A stretch of DNA of 32,000 nt, from assembly GCA_021794015.1 (NCBI GenBank), contig JAJYRQ010000004.1:72901-104900 (forward strand), written 5' to 3'. Below are positions 1 through 8,272 of this stretch, one piece after another; position 1 is the first letter of the stretch; every line of letters starts with the position of its first letter. The notes under the pieces were generated by a model. That model ran no database searches and had not been told where the DNA came from. It worked only from the letters and a program-made list of their open reading frames with translations. Source of the DNA: Deltaproteobacteria bacterium. Its GTDB lineage: Bacteria > Desulfobacterota > Binatia > Binatales > Binataceae. The position numbers and the translations under genes were made by a program.

Positions 1-55
1 AAAGCCGGGAAGCTTAGCTGCTGGGACTAGGTCTGAGCGCGTTGGCCGGGGGGAG

Positions 56-640
56 TCAGGCGCGAACTTTTTCCCGGCCCCGCTTGGCCGCGCGCTCTCG
101 CTCCGCAGTGGGTCCCTTGTGCAGGTTGGGCCGCGCCGCCGGAAAGGACTTAGCCTGCTGCTGCGCCTGCGGCTTGGGCGACGGCTTGGCGCCGAGCGCA
201 GGGGCGCTGGAGGGAGCAACTGCGTCCTCCGGCTGCTCGATGGTCTTGAGTTGCCTGATCGCCTCCACGCGCCGTTCTCTCCAGGCCTTCAGCCCGTGAC
301 GCATATAGTCGGGGTTGATGTCGAGCATGTCGCAGATGTTGTCAAACGAGAAGACCCAGTGCTTGTCCTCGTGGTTGATCCACTCCTCGGCATCACGGAA
401 CAGCCGCTGCCCTTTGCTGGTGGGCGAGTCGATGCACTTCATGAAGCATTCGACGGCGTCCTCGAGCACGCTGAGCACGAGCCGCTTCTCACCCTCGAGC
501 AGATGCTTTCGGCGCATCGCTTCGAAGTACTGTACCGGCAGCAGCGTGTCAGGCTCGAAGAGCCCGGGGAGTCGTTCGTCGAGAGTTTCCTTTTCTTGCA
601 TTTTTGTCTCGCGGGGTTTCCGCGCCACCCGTGCCTCCAC
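56..640 (-). CDS. Hypothetical protein: globular N-terminal part plus an Ala/Pro/Lys/Gln-rich basic tail; no family recognised
   Basis: ORF 56..796 overlaps the iscX 3' end in another frame. I prefer the GTG at 640, which lies 5 nt after a GGAGG (plus-strand cctcc, 646-650). The ATG at 601 is the alternative. The sequence (LLPVQYFEAMRRKHLLEGEKRLVLSVLEDAVECF...) looks like a real protein, but I cannot name it. Confidence 0.5.
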   Translation of the reverse strand: MEARVARKPRETKMQEKETLDERLPGLFEPDTLLPVQYFEAMRRKHLLEGEKRLVLSVLEDAVECFMKCIDSPTSKGQRLFRDAEEWINHEDKHWVFSFDNICDMLDINPDYMRHGLKAWRERRVEAIRQLKTIEQPEDAVAPSSAPALGAKPSPKPQAQQQAKSFPAARPNLHKGPTAERERAAKRGREKVRA

Positions 641-677
641 CGCAGCCTCCCTTGGAGAGAAGACGTTGTAAGCGGCT

Positions 678-706
678 ATTATATTCGAATCTTCAGCGAT
701 TTTCAC
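678..706 (-). promoter_or_regulatory. Candidate sigma-70 promoter (GTGAAA-17 nt-TATAAT) for the gene downstream of iscX
   Basis: The minus strand reads GTGAAA atcgctgaagattcgaa TATAAT in a locally AT-rich patch at the iscX 3' end and intergenic region. It is followed by GGAGG and the GTG at 640. Confidence 0.35.
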
Positions 707-911
707 CCTCTGATGAGTAAATTTCGTGCCAGGCCATTTGGATCGCCTCGAGCCGGGCCTCGTTGGAGCCTCCCCCGTCATCGTCGAATTCGTCAAGATC
801 GATCACCCACTGGCGCAGGTCCGTAAACCTGACCTGCAGGGGGTCGAGGCCGGGATGGTTTTCAGCGAGAATCTCCGCGATTTCCTCCGCCTGGTCCCAC
901 TTAAGACCCAT
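693..911 (-). CDS. iscX: Fe-S cluster assembly protein IscX (YfhJ)
   Basis: The 72-aa acidic protein MGLKWDQAEEIAEILAENHPGLDPLQVRFTDLRQWVIDLDEFDDD..SNEARLEAI aligns almost position for position with E. coli IscX ([45 protein letters not shown]). It lies downstream of hscA. Confidence 0.9.
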   Translation of the reverse strand: MGLKWDQAEEIAEILAENHPGLDPLQVRFTDLRQWVIDLDEFDDDGGGSNEARLEAIQMAWHEIYSSEGENR

Positions 912-985
912 GGTGGGGCTCTCCTTGTTGGTGCAGCAGGGTCGTTTTGCGCTGTTCCTTGCCCCGGCGGCCCGTAGACCGCCGC

Positions 986-2848
986 TCAGGGTAACTGTTC
1001 GACCGATTTTCGTTCCAGCGCCTGTTTGATTGCCTGGTTCATGATCCGCTCGGCAAAGGGCGTTGTGAGTTCGTTGAGTTCCTGGGTGAGCCGCGCGATA
1101 AGCTCGTGGTCGGTGCCTAGGCGGGCGGCCTCGAGCCGCGCCGCGCAGCGGTCGATGGCGGTGCGCTCCTGCGGCTCGACCAGCGCCGGGAAGTTGGCAA
1201 GCTGGCGGCGCGCCGCCTGGAGAATCTGGTCCGCCTGGTTGCGCGCGACCGCCAGCATCCGCTGTTCGAGGTCCTGCTCTCCTCGCTCGATCGACTCTTC
1301 GAGCATCCGCTCGATTTCCTCTTCGGTCAGCCCGTAGCTCGGTTTTACCTCGAGTGAGTGCTCACGGCCGGTGCGCTGGTCGCGGGCGGTAACGTTCAGG
1401 ATGCCGTTGGCGTCGATAAGAAAGGTCACCTCGATGCGCGGCGTGCCGGCCGGCGCCGGCTCGAGCGGTCCGAGCTTGAAGCGAGCCAGCGAGCGATTGT
1501 CGTGCGCGATCTCGCGCTCGCCCTGGACCACGTGAATGTCGACGTGGGTCTGGTCGTCCACCGCGGTGGTGAACATTTCGGTGACGCTGGTCGGTATCGT
1601 GGTGTTGCGATGGATGAGCCGTTCCATGACGCCGCCCATCGTTTCGATGCCCAGGGAGAGCGGCACCACGTCGAGCAGAAGCATGTCCTTGCGCCCGCCG
1701 GTCAGAACCGCAGCCTGGACCGCAGCTCCCAGCGCGACCACTTCGTCGGGGTTGATGGAACAAAGAGGCTGGCGGCCAAACAGTTCGGCTACCCGCCGGC
1801 GCACCAGCGGCATCCGGGTTGCCCCGCCCACGAGCACCACCGCGTCGAGCTCCTCTGGCTTGAGCTTGGCGTCCTCGAGCGCGCGCCGGCAGCAGGCCAG
1901 CGTACGGTTCACCAGTGGCTCGGCCATCCTCTCCAGTTGCGAGCGTTCAAGCTCGCGGCGCACCGTTATGTCTGCGGCCTGGAGCACGAGCTCGGTACGC
2001 TCGGCGGCGCTGAGCCTGCATTTGGCGGCTTCGGCAGCAGTTCGGGCCGCCCTCCAAAGCTGCCGGCTTTGACGCAGCGGCGGGGACAACTGCTCCATCA
2101 GCCACTCCTCGATCAGGCGGTCTATGTCGTCGCCCCCCAGGTGCGTGTCGCCGTTGGTGGCCAGGACCTCGAAGATGCCCTCCTTGACGCTTAGCAGCGA
2201 GACGTCAAAGGTCCCGCCGCCCAGATCATATACCGCAATACGGCCCGCCGTCATTGCGTTAAGTCCGTAGGCCAGGGAAGCGGCGGTCGGCTCGTTCACC
2301 AGCCGGACAACTTCAACTTCCGCCAAGCGGCCGGCGTCCTTGGTGGCCTGCCGCTGGGCATCGTTGAAGTACGCCGGCACGGTAATTACCACCCGCTCGA
2401 CCGATTCACCGCTGGAGGCCTTCACCCGCGCCTTGAGCGCGCGCAGGATTTCGGCCGAAACCTGCGGCGGGGTATATAGACGGCCGCTCACCTGGAAACG
2501 CACCACCGGGCCGCCTAAGTCGGCGAAGCTGTAGCGTATGCGGTCCTCGGGCGCGACCTCGGCGCCGCCCAGCCCCATGTAGCGTTTGACGGACCTGACC
2601 ACGACCGCTGCCGGCGCGCTCCCGGCCTGATCGCCAGGACCTTGCCCCCGGCCCCAGTCGTCCAGTTTGCCCTCAAGCTCGGCCGCCTTCAGACCCACGC
2701 CGATTGTGCCCTCCGGGCCCAGCGCTACGACCGACGGCAGCAGGGTTGCTCCGGTGGCGGGATCGCCGATAATCCGCGGGCCGGCGTCTTCCATCACGGC
2801 AATCAGGCTGTTGGTGGTGCCGAGGTCGATGCCGAATATGCGCGACAT
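986..2848 (-). CDS. hscA: Fe-S protein assembly chaperone HscA (Hsp70 family)
   Basis: 620 aa. The N-terminus [15 protein letters not shown] and the motifs [21 protein letters not shown] and [10 protein letters not shown] fit Hsp70. Position after hscB in an isc operon supports HscA. Confidence 0.95.
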   Translation of the reverse strand: MSRIFGIDLGTTNSLIAVMEDAGPRIIGDPATGATLLPSVVALGPEGTIGVGLKAAELEGKLDDWGRGQGPGDQAGSAPAAVVVRSVKRYMGLGGAEVAPEDRIRYSFADLGGPVVRFQVSGRLYTPPQVSAEILRALKARVKASSGESVERVVITVPAYFNDAQRQATKDAGRLAEVEVVRLVNEPTAASLAYGLNAMTAGRIAVYDLGGGTFDVSLLSVKEGIFEVLATNGDTHLGGDDIDRLIEEWLMEQLSPPLRQSRQLWRAARTAAEAAKCRLSAAERTELVLQAADITVRRELERSQLERMAEPLVNRTLACCRRALEDAKLKPEELDAVVLVGGATRMPLVRRRVAELFGRQPLCSINPDEVVALGAAVQAAVLTGGRKDMLLLDVVPLSLGIETMGGVMERLIHRNTTIPTSVTEMFTTAVDDQTHVDIHVVQGEREIAHDNRSLARFKLGPLEPAPAGTPRIEVTFLIDANGILNVTARDQRTGREHSLEVKPSYGLTEEEIERMLEESIERGEQDLEQRMLAVARNQADQILQAARRQLANFPALVEPQERTAIDRCAARLEAARLGTDHELIARLTQELNELTTPFAERIMNQAIKQALERKSVEQLP

Positions 2849-2917
2849 GGGATTTGGGTCTTTTCTCTCTGCGGTTTACGAAGCAGCGTTCGCCTGGAGC
2901 CGTGGCGGCGATGCCGT

Positions 2918-3559
2918 TCAGTTTTCGGCCGCGGCCGCCAGCGCGCGGTCCATGTCTCTCAGCAGGGTACGCAGGTAGGCGATCTTCGAAAGCGCCTGCT
3001 TGAGTCCCGCGGTCAACTCATCCTGTCCGCCCGCGTTCCGGTCCCAGCGGACGAAATTTCCTTCCAGCTCCCGGTGGGCGCGGTCGAAGCGGCTCCGGAC
3101 CTCCGCGCGCCTGCCTTCGATCTCGCCTCGCAAACGGTCGCGGTCGTTGCCGGCCGGGCTCGCCCCGAGTTCGGCGAGTTGTTCCTGGATTTCGAAGACC
3201 ATTTCGGCCAACTCGGGAGGGACCGTCTTGTTGTCCTCGGCAAGTTTCTCGCCACGCAGCTCGAGCCAGTAAAGCCCACGGCTTATCGGGTCGCGCAGCG
3301 TGCGGTAGCTGCGCGTCAACAGCGCCATCGCCCTAAGGCTTGCCGCGCGAACCGCGGCATCGTCCGTCGCGAAGCGGTCGGGATGGATGCGCCGGCCGAG
3401 CTCGTGATACCTGCTCTCGAGGGCGGCGCCGTCAAGCGCCAACCGGGGCTCAAGCCCCAGCGCCGCAAAACAGTCGAGCTCCTCCCCGAGCGGCCTGCCG
3501 CACCGCTCGCACACCAAGCCTGTGCCGCTCGGCGCTGCGCATGACGGGCACCGGACCAT
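2918..3559 (-). CDS. hscB: Fe-S co-chaperone HscB (J-domain protein) with an extra N-terminal CxxC-x9-CxxC segment
   Basis: J-domain with an HPD motif (RRIHPDRF) and a C-terminal helical HscB-type domain. It lies between iscA and hscA. The N-terminus is MVRCPSCAAPSGTGLVCERCG. Confidence 0.85.
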   Translation of the reverse strand: MVRCPSCAAPSGTGLVCERCGRPLGEELDCFAALGLEPRLALDGAALESRYHELGRRIHPDRFATDDAAVRAASLRAMALLTRSYRTLRDPISRGLYWLELRGEKLAEDNKTVPPELAEMVFEIQEQLAELGASPAGNDRDRLRGEIEGRRAEVRSRFDRAHRELEGNFVRWDRNAGGQDELTAGLKQALSKIAYLRTLLRDMDRALAAAAEN

Positions 3560-3562
3560 CGC

Positions 3563-3877
3563 TCATACGACGAACGATTCGCCGCATCCGCAGCTCCGCT
3601 TGACGTTCGGATTGACCAGCCGAAACCCGGAGGCCATCAATTCCTCGGTGTAATCCAGCTCCGAGCCGTTGACATAAAGAAAGCTCTTCTTATCGACAAT
3701 CAGCAGCGCCCCGTCCCGCGCGAACGACTTGTCGCGTTCATTGGCAGCATCCAGCTCCATCCGGTACTGCAACCCCGAACAGCCCCCACCGACCACTTTG
3801 ACCCGCAGTCCGAGGCCGGGGCGTCCCGCCGTCAACTCGCGAATCTTGCTTGCCGCTCGCTCAGATACCGAAACCAT
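3563..3877 (-). CDS. iscA: A-type Fe-S carrier IscA/ErpA family
   Basis: 104 aa with GGGCSG and the C-terminal CGCGESF cysteine signature. Operon context agrees. Confidence 0.9.
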   Translation of the reverse strand: MVSVSERAASKIRELTAGRPGLGLRVKVVGGGCSGLQYRMELDAANERDKSFARDGALLIVDKKSFLYVNGSELDYTEELMASGFRLVNPNVKRSCGCGESFVV

Positions 3878-4058
3878 CGGCGATTAACCTGCCTGCGGGT
3901 TTTTCTTGCCGCCCGTCCGCTTCACGCCCGAGGCTGCGCCTTGGCGCGACCGACCCCGCCTCGGGTCGTTCCGTGCCGCGCCAGCCAAGCCATACGACCC
4001 CCGACTCCGGGCGGCGCGGGCCAGGGCCTTTCAGGCCCGGCTTCTCGGGCGCTTGGGC

Positions 4059-4478
4059 CTAGGCCTCTGCGGCCGTCTTCTTGGACTGCTCGGCGGCGTT
4101 GCCCCGGTGTTTCTTCCAGTCGCTAATTGCGGCCTTTATCGCATCCTCGGCAAGCACCGAGCAGTGAATCTTTACCGGCGGCAGGTTCAGCTCCTTGACG
4201 ATTACGGTGTTCTTGATCGCCAGCGCCTCGTCGATATGCTTGCCCTTGACCAGTTCCGTGACGTAGCTGGAGGACGCGATCGCGCTGCCGCAGCCGAAGG
4301 TCTTGAACCGGGCGTCCTCGATAACGCCGCCCTCATCGATCTTAAGCTGGAGCTTCATAACGTCTCCGCACTCGGGAGCGCCGACGACGCCCGTGCCGAC
4401 GCTCGGATCGTCCTTTGCGAAGCTCCCGACATTGCGGGGATTGGTGTAGTGGTCAATCACCTTGCTGGAGTACGCCAT
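4059..4478 (-). CDS. iscU: Fe-S cluster scaffold IscU
   Basis: MAYSSKVIDHYTNPRNVGS, GAPECGDVMKL, FGCGSAIASSS, and LPPVKIHCSVLAEDAI (the LPPVK HscA-binding motif). Confidence 0.95.
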   Translation of the reverse strand: MAYSSKVIDHYTNPRNVGSFAKDDPSVGTGVVGAPECGDVMKLQLKIDEGGVIEDARFKTFGCGSAIASSSYVTELVKGKHIDEALAIKNTVIVKELNLPPVKIHCSVLAEDAIKAAISDWKKHRGNAAEQSKKTAAEA

Positions 4479-4517
4479 AAAAACCTCTGTGCTGTGGCAG
4501 GGGGGTTTGTCCCTGAC

Positions 4518-4685
4518 CTAACAAGGCCTTGAGCGATAATCACCCAATTCGAAGGGCCGTCCGGCGATCTCGCGGATTTCTGCGGCAACCCGGTCGTTGC
4601 CGGGCAGCAAGCAGAGCCGCCCGAGCCTTTCGTCCAGGCGGGCGACCTCCCGCCGCCGAGCCGCGGATTTGATTAGCCGCTCCAT
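4518..4685 (-). CDS. Candidate small basic protein (55 aa from the second ATG; 61 aa from 4703) between iscS and iscU
   Basis: The ORF fills most of an otherwise unexplained 210-bp iscS-iscU gap. The ATG at 4685 lies 2 nt after the iscS TAG stop. Third codon positions are G/C-rich like neighbouring genes. I recognise no homology. Confidence 0.3.
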   Translation of the reverse strand: MERLIKSAARRREVARLDERLGRLCLLPGNDRVAAEIREIAGRPFELGDYRSRPC

Positions 4686-4687
4686 CG

Positions 4688-5908
4688 CTAGTCTGTTCTC
4701 CACTGGACCGACTTGAGGTCGATTCCCTCGCGCGCCATCTCATAAAGCGGCGACATTTCGCGCAGCCGCTTTACCTCCTTGGCCACCCGATCGACGACGT
4801 AGTCCACCTCTTCCTCGGTGTTGAAACGGCCCAGGCCGAACCGGATCGAGCTGTGCGCGAGTTCCTCGCCGACGCCCAGCGCGCGGATCACGTACGAGGG
4901 TTCCAGCGTGGCCGAGGTGCAGGCCGAACCTGAACTTACCGCGATGTCGCTGATTCCCATCAGCAGCGACTCGCCCTCGACGTAGGCAAAGCTCACGTTG
5001 AAGTTGCCGGGCAAGCGCTGGGTCGGGTGTCCGTTCAGGTAAACCTCATCCAGCCGCTCGAAAACGCCGGCCTGCAGCTTGTTGCGCAGGTCGGTCAGCC
5101 GGCGCGCCTCGGCGGCCATCTCGGCCGCCGCGATCTCGCATGCCGCTCCGAAACCGACGATCCCCGGCACGTTGAGCGTTCCCGAACGCATCCCGCGCTC
5201 GTGACCGCCGCCGTCGATTATCGGCGCAAGCCGCACCCGCGGTCCCCGTGACCGCACGTACAGCGCGCCCAATCCCTTGGGGCCGTAAATCTTGTGCGCC
5301 GTCAGCGAAAGCAGGTCGATCCCGTCGCGCTCAACGTCGACTCCAATCTTGCCGACCGCCTGCACCGCGTCGCAGTGAAACAGAATCCCCTTGTCCTTGG
5401 CAATCTTGCCGATCTCCGCTACCGGGTGAATCGTGCCAATCTCGTTGTTGGCGTACATGATCGTGATCAGCACGGTCCTGTCGGTGATCGCCTGGCGCAC
5501 GTCGTCAGGGTCCACCATGCCGTACTTGTCCACCGGCAGGTAGGTTACCTCCGCCTTGCCCAGCCGTTCCAAGGCCCGACAACTGTCGAGCACCGCCTTG
5601 TGCTCGGTCACGCAGGTGATGATGTGGTTGCCTTTCTCCCGGTAGAACTCAACGACACCCTTGATCGCCAGGTTGTCCGATTCGGTGGCCCCGCTGGTGA
5701 AAATGATCTCCTTGGACTTGGCGTTAAGCAGCGAGGCGATCGTGGCGCGCGCCTTTTCCACCGCCTCTTCCGCCTCCCAGCCGAAAGCGTGATTGCGGCT
5801 GGCCGCGTTGCCGAACTTCTCGCTGAAGTAAGGCAGCATCGCCTCCAGCACCCGCGGGTCAAGCCGCGTGGTTGCGTGATTGTCCATGTAAATCGGCAGC
5901 TTAACCAT
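4688..5908 (-). CDS. iscS: Cysteine desulfurase IscS (PLP-dependent)
   Basis: 406 aa. [13 protein letters not shown]-type N-terminus, [12 protein letters not shown] (PLP lysine) and the active-site loop [13 protein letters not shown] Shine-Dalgarno precedes the ATG. Confidence 0.95.
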   Translation of the reverse strand: MVKLPIYMDNHATTRLDPRVLEAMLPYFSEKFGNAASRNHAFGWEAEEAVEKARATIASLLNAKSKEIIFTSGATESDNLAIKGVVEFYREKGNHIITCVTEHKAVLDSCRALERLGKAEVTYLPVDKYGMVDPDDVRQAITDRTVLITIMYANNEIGTIHPVAEIGKIAKDKGILFHCDAVQAVGKIGVDVERDGIDLLSLTAHKIYGPKGLGALYVRSRGPRVRLAPIIDGGGHERGMRSGTLNVPGIVGFGAACEIAAAEMAAEARRLTDLRNKLQAGVFERLDEVYLNGHPTQRLPGNFNVSFAYVEGESLLMGISDIAVSSGSACTSATLEPSYVIRALGVGEELAHSSIRFGLGRFNTEEEVDYVVDRVAKEVKRLREMSPLYEMAREGIDLKSVQWRTD

Positions 5909-6040
5909 CCCTCGTCCTCTCTCGGCGCTTTCCGGTCAGACCGTGCCTCGCTCCGACCTCGGGCCTTGTCAAGAACCCCTTTTGCGGCCTGCTTAAGCCG
6001 CGGCGCTCGGATCAGCTAATAGTGGACCTGTTCAGTCTTC

Positions 6041-6069
6041 TATGTAGACCCGTCTGCGCGGATTGTCAA
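6041..6069 (-). promoter_or_regulatory. Candidate sigma-70 promoter of the isc operon (TTGACA-17 nt-TACATA)
   Basis: The minus strand reads TTGACA (6069..6064), then atccgcgcagacgggtc, then TACATA (6046..6041), about 130 nt upstream of the iscS ATG. No iscR gene lies in between. Confidence 0.4.
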
Positions 6070-6256
6070 GAGGGTTTCCCAGGTGCTCTGACTGCCGGTA
6101 ATAGACGGCCAATTTAGCTGTTCGGCCGCACCGGCGGCTGGGCCATGGGTGCTGTCCTTACGGTCAGGGCCAGGGGCAACGTAGGGCAGTGCAAGACGAG
6201 ATAGCCGGAGTGTTTGGGTGGGGGCTGGATTCGCTGACACGGCCTTGTCGCGCCGC

Positions 6257-8098
6257 TCAGAAGAGCCTGTCCCGAGCGTCTTGGGGCGATTCGTTGGGCA
6301 GGCAACTGGGCACCCGCAGGACCAGTTCACGGCAGACTTCCTCCTCGGCGCGTCGTAAGCGAACGTCCCGCAGTTCGAGCAGGCCCAATCCGGAGTCGAT
6401 CAGGATGTCGGTAAAAGCGATGGCCGGCTTGATGCCCATGGCGTAGCGGCCGCCGTCAACGCCCACTAGTTGTTGCCCGGTCGTTCCCGAGACCAGCGTG
6501 ATGTGCAGGTTGACGTGCCAGCCGGCGACGAGGAAGCCGTAGAGACCTTCGTACGCACTGACATCGCCGTAGACCAGGGCGTCGGCGCCAAGCCAGCGGG
6601 CTAGCTGGCGGGCGGGGACGGCTTCGAGCCGGGACGTGGTCAGGACGGAGTGTGCGGCGAGCGTGGCATCGACCTCGGGCAGCGGCACAATCGTGAATTC
6701 GCGTTGGGCGAGAAAGGCGGTAAAGACCCGGCGAAGCCGGTTGGCGTAGGTCCAGCGCCAGCGGGAGCGCGAGGCGGCGGTGCGAAGCGTGACCGGCACG
6801 CGGTTTACCAGCAGGTTGCCGCTTCCTTCGTAGGCAAAGGGCAGCACCGCGATGCGCTGCGGGGGCCTGCGGCAGTAGTCGGGCGCGACCTTGAGCGCAA
6901 ACATCTGCGGGTCGGTTTCGATCATGCGGTCGAGAATTGTTTTGCGGCCGTGCCTGCGCAATCCAAACTCAGGCAGGAAGAACTGCTCAGGCTTTTCGTC
7001 GGGGTCGCCGTAGCCGGTGGCCAACGCTGCGAGTACCGGCGCGGTGGCCAACGCCGACGGGCCCGGCGGTTGCGCAGCGGTAACTCGCGCCGAGGTCGGC
7101 AGCGTTTCGGCGCTCTGGCTGAGGCCGTTGGGCGGCGCAGGACCCGGCCGCTGGCCGGAGGCGTCCGCTCGGCTGCTCGGCGCCGCGTCGGAGGCCGACG
7201 CGGCCATCGCCTGGCGGTCGCGTGCTTGAGCGGGGCGCCCGCTCAAGACCACCCCGCGCACTCCGCCCACCAGAGGAAAGCGCAGCACGACCTCGCGCGC
7301 GGCTTCCTCTTCGGCGCGCCTTAGGTCGACGTCGCGCAAGTCGGTGGTGTTGAAAGCCGAGTTCATTGCGATGTCGGCCCAATCTACGGCTGGACGGAAC
7401 TCCAGTTTGTAGCGCGTGGCCTCGCCGGCCAGAACGAGATCGCCGGTTTGCCCGGAGACTATGGCAAGTTTGAGGGTTACCTCCCAGCCGGCAAGCAGGA
7501 ACAGGTAGTAGACTTCGTAGTGCAGGACGGCGCCGTAGACAACGGTGTCGGCTCCGAGCCAGCGGGCCAGGGTTTGCGGCGGCACTCGGCTGAGCTTGGC
7601 GTCGTTGGTGATGCCGTGCGCGGCCAGGGCGGCGTCGACCTGCGGGAGCGCGACGGTTTCGAATTCCCGCTGGCTTAGGAAGCCGTGCACGAGCTTGCGC
7701 AGCCGGTTGGAATCGGTCCAGCGCCACTCGGCCAGGCGCTCGGAGTCGCGCATGGTGAGCGGGAGCTTGTCCAGGATGTAGTTTCCGCTGCCGCGGTCAA
7801 CGAAGGGTAGAACGGCGATGCGCAAAGGCGGATGGTGGCGGTACTCGGGCGAGGTTTCGACGCTGACGCCGCCCGGATCGGTCTCCAGAATCCGGTCAAG
7901 CAGCGTCTTTCTGCCGTGTTCCATCGCGCCGTACTCCGGCAGAAACAGCGGCTGAGTGTTGCGCTCCTGCTGGGCCGTCGCCGCGGCGCATCCGGCCAGC
8001 AGGGCCAGCGTTACGAGCCACAACGCGCGCGCACGGCTAGGCCGGCTCCTGCGATGCCGACGACTCGTGCGCCCGTTTCTGTCAGGGCAAAAAGCCAA
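6257..8098 (-). CDS. Lipoprotein with two tandem DUF799/GNA1162-like domains joined by an Ala/Pro/Ser-rich linker
   Basis: Lipobox LALLAGC after an Arg-rich n-region. The TTG start is preceded by AGGGA. Two homologous ~240-aa halves each carry FLPE(Y/F)G..HGRKT(L/I)LDR, RIAVLPF, FL(S/A)QREF, ARWLGAD..VYG, AGW.V.L...(I/L)VSG.TG and LRDV.LRRAEEE. Confidence 0.75.
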   Translation of the reverse strand: MAFCPDRNGRTSRRHRRSRPSRARALWLVTLALLAGCAAATAQQERNTQPLFLPEYGAMEHGRKTLLDRILETDPGGVSVETSPEYRHHPPLRIAVLPFVDRGSGNYILDKLPLTMRDSERLAEWRWTDSNRLRKLVHGFLSQREFETVALPQVDAALAAHGITNDAKLSRVPPQTLARWLGADTVVYGAVLHYEVYYLFLLAGWEVTLKLAIVSGQTGDLVLAGEATRYKLEFRPAVDWADIAMNSAFNTTDLRDVDLRRAEEEAAREVVLRFPLVGGVRGVVLSGRPAQARDRQAMAASASDAAPSSRADASGQRPGPAPPNGLSQSAETLPTSARVTAAQPPGPSALATAPVLAALATGYGDPDEKPEQFFLPEFGLRRHGRKTILDRMIETDPQMFALKVAPDYCRRPPQRIAVLPFAYEGSGNLLVNRVPVTLRTAASRSRWRWTYANRLRRVFTAFLAQREFTIVPLPEVDATLAAHSVLTTSRLEAVPARQLARWLGADALVYGDVSAYEGLYGFLVAGWHVNLHITLVSGTTGQQLVGVDGGRYAMGIKPAIAFTDILIDSGLGLLELRDVRLRRAEEEVCRELVLRVPSCLPNESPQDARDRLF

Positions 8099-8272
8099 TT
8101 TCGAGTCCCTGGAAAGCCGATCCGGCGTACAGGCGCAGCTATTGCTTGCCGAGCGCGGCCGGCGGGTACGGCCGGGCCGGCTCAGCGCGGCCGGCGTATC
8201 GACACTTGCCCAATCGGTCCGCTCCCTCTCGGTGCCGGCGGGCTTGGGAACCTCGGCTAGCGCCGGACCTGC

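Noticed and set aside
8152-8196. An exact 13-bp direct repeat, AGCGCGGCCGGCG, present twice 32 bp apart in the menA-lipoprotein intergenic region.
   Set aside because: It is short and of very low complexity (GC-only). It could be part of a terminator or REP-like structure, but I see no further copies in the window and no clear function.
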